This document shows, piece by piece, positions 60,274 through 64,000 of a stretch of 64,000 bases of DNA. A program made the position numbers and the translations under genes. This DNA is from Candidatus Bathyarchaeota archaeon. GTDB lineage: Archaea; Thermoproteota; Bathyarchaeia; Bathyarchaeales; Bathycorpusculaceae. Numbering within the stretch: the stretch's first letter is position 1; each line of letters opens with the position of its first letter. The stretch spans positions 736,001 to 800,000 of the forward strand of contig CAWHVC010000003.1 of assembly GCA_963832745.1 (NCBI GenBank), in the 5' to 3' direction. Below the pieces are notes generated by a model. It saw nothing but the letters and a program-made list of their open reading frames with translations, was not told the DNA's origin and searched no databases.

Positions 60274-60906
60274 TTGGCGACCATCATGGAGAAAATTGAA
60301 GAAAGTGCACAGTACCTAAAAGGTTGCGCCAGCATTGAAACTCAAACCTTCAAACTCTACGAAACATTAGCCAAAAAAATTAACCATCCTGAAAGCAGTT
60401 TCATTTTAGGCTTTGCTTATGACAGCATAAAAAACGCCAAAATCATCCAAAGCATGCTCCAAACAATCGATTTGCCAGATGAGGATAACGAAAATAAAAA
60501 AACTGTGTCAGTACTTGCCAGCGAAGTCTACGCGTTTTCAAGAAGAATCGAAAAAACAAATAACGTTGACCAGAGAGGTCTTATTGAAATTTTCAAGGAA
60601 TTAATTCGGCTTGAGGACCTTATAAGCAAACTTTACTCGGAGTACATGGAGTCAAGTTACCCTAAAGTTTTAGCTGAAGAAATGTCAAGGTTTGTTAAGT
60701 TGGATTTTGGGAATTTCAAGAAAGTTTTCGAGGGCTTTGTTGCTGAAAAGCAAAGTCACCGTGAAACAATGATTGAAATCGTTTACTGCGTTGAAGCAAA
60801 GGAAGCTGAACGACTCAAAAACTCGACGCCGACTGTTAAATACCAGAATCCTGACGCTTGGATTAACCAGTCATCACTTCACGTGTTCTCAAGAAACAAT
60901 TACTAA
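60274..60906 (+). CDS. Hypothetical helical protein, ferritin/rubrerythrin-like pattern
   Basis: IE.....LY and LE.....LY helices, E..H near the C-terminus. Confidence 0.6.
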   Translation: MATIMEKIEESAQYLKGCASIETQTFKLYETLAKKINHPESSFILGFAYDSIKNAKIIQSMLQTIDLPDEDNENKKTVSVLASEVYAFSRRIEKTNNVDQRGLIEIFKELIRLEDLISKLYSEYMESSYPKVLAEEMSRFVKLDFGNFKKVFEGFVAEKQSHRETMIEIVYCVEAKEAERLKNSTPTVKYQNPDAWINQSSLHVFSRNNY

Positions 60907-61010
60907 ACCCTTTTTTCATATCCAGTTTTTTGCGTGTTCGTTCGTGCGGTATTGCCCGTTATAGTTTTATATTGAATCATCGTAAAACACGATAAAGAAG
61001 AGTATTTAGC

Positions 61011-62453
61011 ATGTCAGATACTGGAGTAACTGTAAAGAAAAATGTAGACTTCAGCGAATGGTACGTTGAAGTAGTCTTGAAAGCTGAACTTGCCGATTAC
61101 GCCCCCGTAAAGGGCTGCATGATTATCCGCCCAGACGCTTACGCGGTTTGGGAAAAAATCCAAGAAGTGGTCAACCAAAAAATCAAAGCCACCGGCCACA
61201 GAAACACTTACTTCCCAATGTTCATTCCCGAAGCATTCCTCAAAAAGGAAGCTGAACATTTTGAAGGGTTCACTCCAGAAGTTGCATGGATCACACAAGG
61301 CGGAGACACCCCGCTTGAAGAAAAACTTGCAGTGCGTCCAACCAGCGAAACCATAATGTACGCTATGTTTAACAAGTGGGTACGTAGCTGGCGAGACCTG
61401 CCTCTGAAAATTAATCAATGGTGCAACATTGTCCGTTGGGAAACCAAAGCCACAAAACTGTTTCTGCGAACCCGCGAGTTCCTTTGGCAGGAAGGCCACA
61501 CAGCACACGCCACCGCCGAAGAAGGGGAAGCCGAAGTCATGTGGGCACTAAACATGTACAAAGACGTCATAGAAAACACCTTAGCCATTCCAGTATTGAT
61601 TGGCACGAAAAGTGAAAGCGAAAAATTCGCAGGCGCCCTCTACACAACCGCGCTCGAGTCCATTATGCCAGACGGCAAAGCATTGCAAATGGGAACCAGC
61701 CACAACCTAGGCCAACACTTCGCCAAAGTCTTTGATGTAAAATACATCGGCGAAGACAAGCAAGACCATTATGTTTGGCAAACCAGTTGGGGCATTACGA
61801 CACGGTTGATTGGCGCCATGATTATGGTTCACGGAGACGACAAAGGCTTGATTATGCCACCAAAAGTTGCGCCAGTTCAAGTCGTTATTATTCCAATTCC
61901 ATTTAAGGGTCTAGAAGCAGAAGCAATCGCCGCCAAAACAAAAGAAATTGCGGAGTTACTCAAAGCCAAAGGTGTAAGCGTAATCTTAGATGACCGCAAC
62001 GAGTACACACCAGGCTGGAAATTCAACCAGTGGGAACTCAAAGGCGTTCCAGTGCGCATCGAACTTGGCCCACGCGACCTGAAAAACGGTCAAGTAGTCA
62101 TGGTACGACGCGACACCAAAGAGAAACTGTTTGTCAAAGAAGCAGGCATCCCCGCCACAATCGAAAAACTGCTCCAAGACATACAAGACAGTATGCTCGC
62201 AAAAGCCAAAGCAATCCTTGCAGACAAAACCACAGAAGTACAGACTTATGATGAGTTCAAGCAGGTTGTTGAAGGCAAAGGCGGATTCATCAAAGCAGCA
62301 TGGTGCGGAGACCCAGCTTGTGAAGCAAAAATCAAGGAAGAAACAGGCGCAACAATCCGCGTTATACCCTTCCAGCGAGAAGAGCCAAAATCGGGTTGCG
62401 TGTTCTGCGGCAAAGAAGCAAAAGACACCGCCTATTTCGCAAGGTCTTACTAG
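61011..62453 (+). CDS. proS: Proline--tRNA ligase (archaeal/eukaryotic type)
   Basis: FSEWY, RPTSET, VRWE, FLRTREFLWQEGHT, QMGTSH.LGQ.F, C-terminal FARSY. Confidence 0.97.
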   Translation: MSDTGVTVKKNVDFSEWYVEVVLKAELADYAPVKGCMIIRPDAYAVWEKIQEVVNQKIKATGHRNTYFPMFIPEAFLKKEAEHFEGFTPEVAWITQGGDTPLEEKLAVRPTSETIMYAMFNKWVRSWRDLPLKINQWCNIVRWETKATKLFLRTREFLWQEGHTAHATAEEGEAEVMWALNMYKDVIENTLAIPVLIGTKSESEKFAGALYTTALESIMPDGKALQMGTSHNLGQHFAKVFDVKYIGEDKQDHYVWQTSWGITTRLIGAMIMVHGDDKGLIMPPKVAPVQVVIIPIPFKGLEAEAIAAKTKEIAELLKAKGVSVILDDRNEYTPGWKFNQWELKGVPVRIELGPRDLKNGQVVMVRRDTKEKLFVKEAGIPATIEKLLQDIQDSMLAKAKAILADKTTEVQTYDEFKQVVEGKGGFIKAAWCGDPACEAKIKEETGATIRVIPFQREEPKSGCVFCGKEAKDTAYFARSY

Positions 62454-62566
62454 ACCAAAATTTTTTCCATTTTTTTAATTGCTAAAAATTTTAGTCTTCT
62501 TGTTTGCGTGGGCAAGATTTATTTTTTTCTCCACTATGTCTCTTGGGTACAGGTCGGTAACTACCA

Positions 62567-63799
62567 TTGTCAAACGTTAAAGTAACTAAACGTGCAAGCA
62601 ACATCGAATACGCCATTCGCGATGTAATAGTTCACACTAAAGACCTAATAAAGAACGGCAAAAAAATCTATTACCTAAACATCGGCGACCCAGCCGCATT
62701 CGACTTTAAAACACCTCCCAGCTTAAAAGATGCATTATGCAACGCCATCGCCAAAGAGGACAATTATTATTCACCTTCAGAAGGTCTTCCCGAGCTTAGG
62801 CAGGCAGTTGCAAATAAAGAGAAAAAAGTAAACAATGTAGACATTACAGCAGATGATGTCATTGTTACTGAAGGAATCTCGGAAGGCATTCAAATGCTGC
62901 TTGGCGCCATCGTTGAGAAAGGAGACGAAATTCTCTTTCCAGGCCCAACTTATTCACCATACATTTCCTACACCAAATTCTTTGACGGTACACCAGTCTC
63001 CTATGAGACAATCGAAAAAGAAGGGTGGCAACCCAACATTGAGGACCTGCGCAAAAAAATCACCGATAGAACACGCGCTATCGCCATAATTAACCCAAAC
63101 AATCCCACAGGCGCAGTCTATGACAGCAAAACCATCAAAGCAATCCTTGACATCGCAGGAGAACACAACTTACCGGTTATCAGCGACGAAATCTACGACC
63201 AACTAACATATGAAAAACCATTTGTTAGCGCAGCCAACGTCACTACTGACGTTCCCGTCATCGGTTTAAACGGTTTTAGTAAAGTTTACCAGATGACCGG
63301 TTGGCGACTCGGCTACATGTACTTTAAAGGCGAAGGCGACAAGCTAAAGGCTCTTAAAGATGGTGTCGAGAAAGAGTGCAGAATCAGAATATGCGCTAAC
63401 ACGCCAGTCCAAATCGCGGCAACCGCAGCGCTTAACGGTCCACAGGACTTTGTCAAAGACATCGTTGAACGTTTAAAGCAACGCCGTGACTACAGCTGGA
63501 AACGTTTAAACGAAATCGAAGGCGTATCCACAACCAAACCTGAAGGCGCATTCTATATTTTCCCCAAAATTGAAGACATAGGTAAACGCTGGAAAGACGA
63601 CATGGATTTCGTAGTTTCATTGCTAAAAGAAACAGGCGTTTTAATCGTTAACGGTTCAGGTTTTGACCCAGTTTACGGTAAAGACCATGCAAGAATCGTG
63701 TTCCTTCCGCCAGTTAACGAGCTTGAAAAAGCGTATGACGCACTTGAAGGCTTCGTAAAGAATGGGCATAGAGGGCGCGGTCACGTAGGCAAAGGGTAA
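62567..63799 (+). CDS. Class I/II PLP aminotransferase (alanine aminotransferase-like)
   Basis: YAIRD, LNIGDP, NPNNPTG, SDEIYD, NGFSKVYQMTGWRLGY. Confidence 0.9.
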   Translation: MSNVKVTKRASNIEYAIRDVIVHTKDLIKNGKKIYYLNIGDPAAFDFKTPPSLKDALCNAIAKEDNYYSPSEGLPELRQAVANKEKKVNNVDITADDVIVTEGISEGIQMLLGAIVEKGDEILFPGPTYSPYISYTKFFDGTPVSYETIEKEGWQPNIEDLRKKITDRTRAIAIINPNNPTGAVYDSKTIKAILDIAGEHNLPVISDEIYDQLTYEKPFVSAANVTTDVPVIGLNGFSKVYQMTGWRLGYMYFKGEGDKLKALKDGVEKECRIRICANTPVQIAATAALNGPQDFVKDIVERLKQRRDYSWKRLNEIEGVSTTKPEGAFYIFPKIEDIGKRWKDDMDFVVSLLKETGVLIVNGSGFDPVYGKDHARIVFLPPVNELEKAYDALEGFVKNGHRGRGHVGKG

Positions 63800-63825
63800 A
63801 CCCTTCAACTTTTTTAGAACTTTTT

Positions 63826-63911
63826 TGTTTCAACATTGTTTGAAAGAATTCTTTATCATTAGCACCTACCCTCTATAGGTTTCTGCATAGAACCTCTAAT
63901 AGGCTCCAAAA
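63826..63911 (-). repeat. Dispersed intergenic repeat, copy 4 (reverse orientation)
   Basis: Reverse complement TTTGGAGCCTATTAGAGGTTCTATGCAGAAACCTATAGAGGGTAGGTGCTAATG...ATGTTGAAACAAAA. Confidence 0.85.
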
Positions 63912-64000
63912 ATTCTCTAAATTGAGTCTATTTAGCCATAGCCTGAATTAGTCAAGAAAGTTTGACGAATAAGTTTTTATCAGTTTCAAATGTTTGAAGG

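Noticed and set aside
7686-63911. CRISPR interpretation of the repeats
   Set aside because: Copies are kilobases apart, with no regular spacers and no cas genes.

Overview
Archaeal chromosomal segment, most consistent with a TACK-lineage archaeon such as Bathyarchaeia. This assignment is an inference from gene content (PolB1-type polymerase, AglB, CarS, IPK/Fni/GGPP synthase, thermosome, SRP19, rpS8e, form III RuBisCO with AMP phosphorylase, stand-alone MtrH) and frequent TTG/GTG starts. From left to right: the 3' part of a chemotaxis cluster (cheR, cheA, unknown, cheW, cheB, soluble MCP, two unknowns); a secreted protein plus membrane-anchored wHTH regulator; DNA/RNA repair genes (nth, xpd, clp1, RNase H-fold, radB); carS; an OSTC/OST3-like membrane protein, topA, aglB and a GPT/AglH gene; polB; alkaline phosphatase; an m5C methyltransferase; tandem beta-helix surface proteins; thermosome; tRNA-Glu; mtrH; mgtA; a PadR/ABC module; the isoprenoid operon with gltX; a radical SAM/LamG pair; AMP phosphorylase and RuBisCO; proS; an aminotransferase. 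No CRISPR array, rRNA, integrase or transposase was seen. The main unexplained signals are: a dispersed intergenic repeat (4 copies, core TGCAGAAACCTA-N7-TAGGT, G-rich, ORB-like); a promoter motif shared by two distant cell-surface operons; an OSTC-like gene near aglB; an MgtA with a C-terminal winged-helix-like extension and no canonical start codon; and C55 in the tRNA-Glu T-loop. Many frameshifts suggest long-read indel errors rather than true pseudogenes. Family calls come from motif recognition; no database searches were run.
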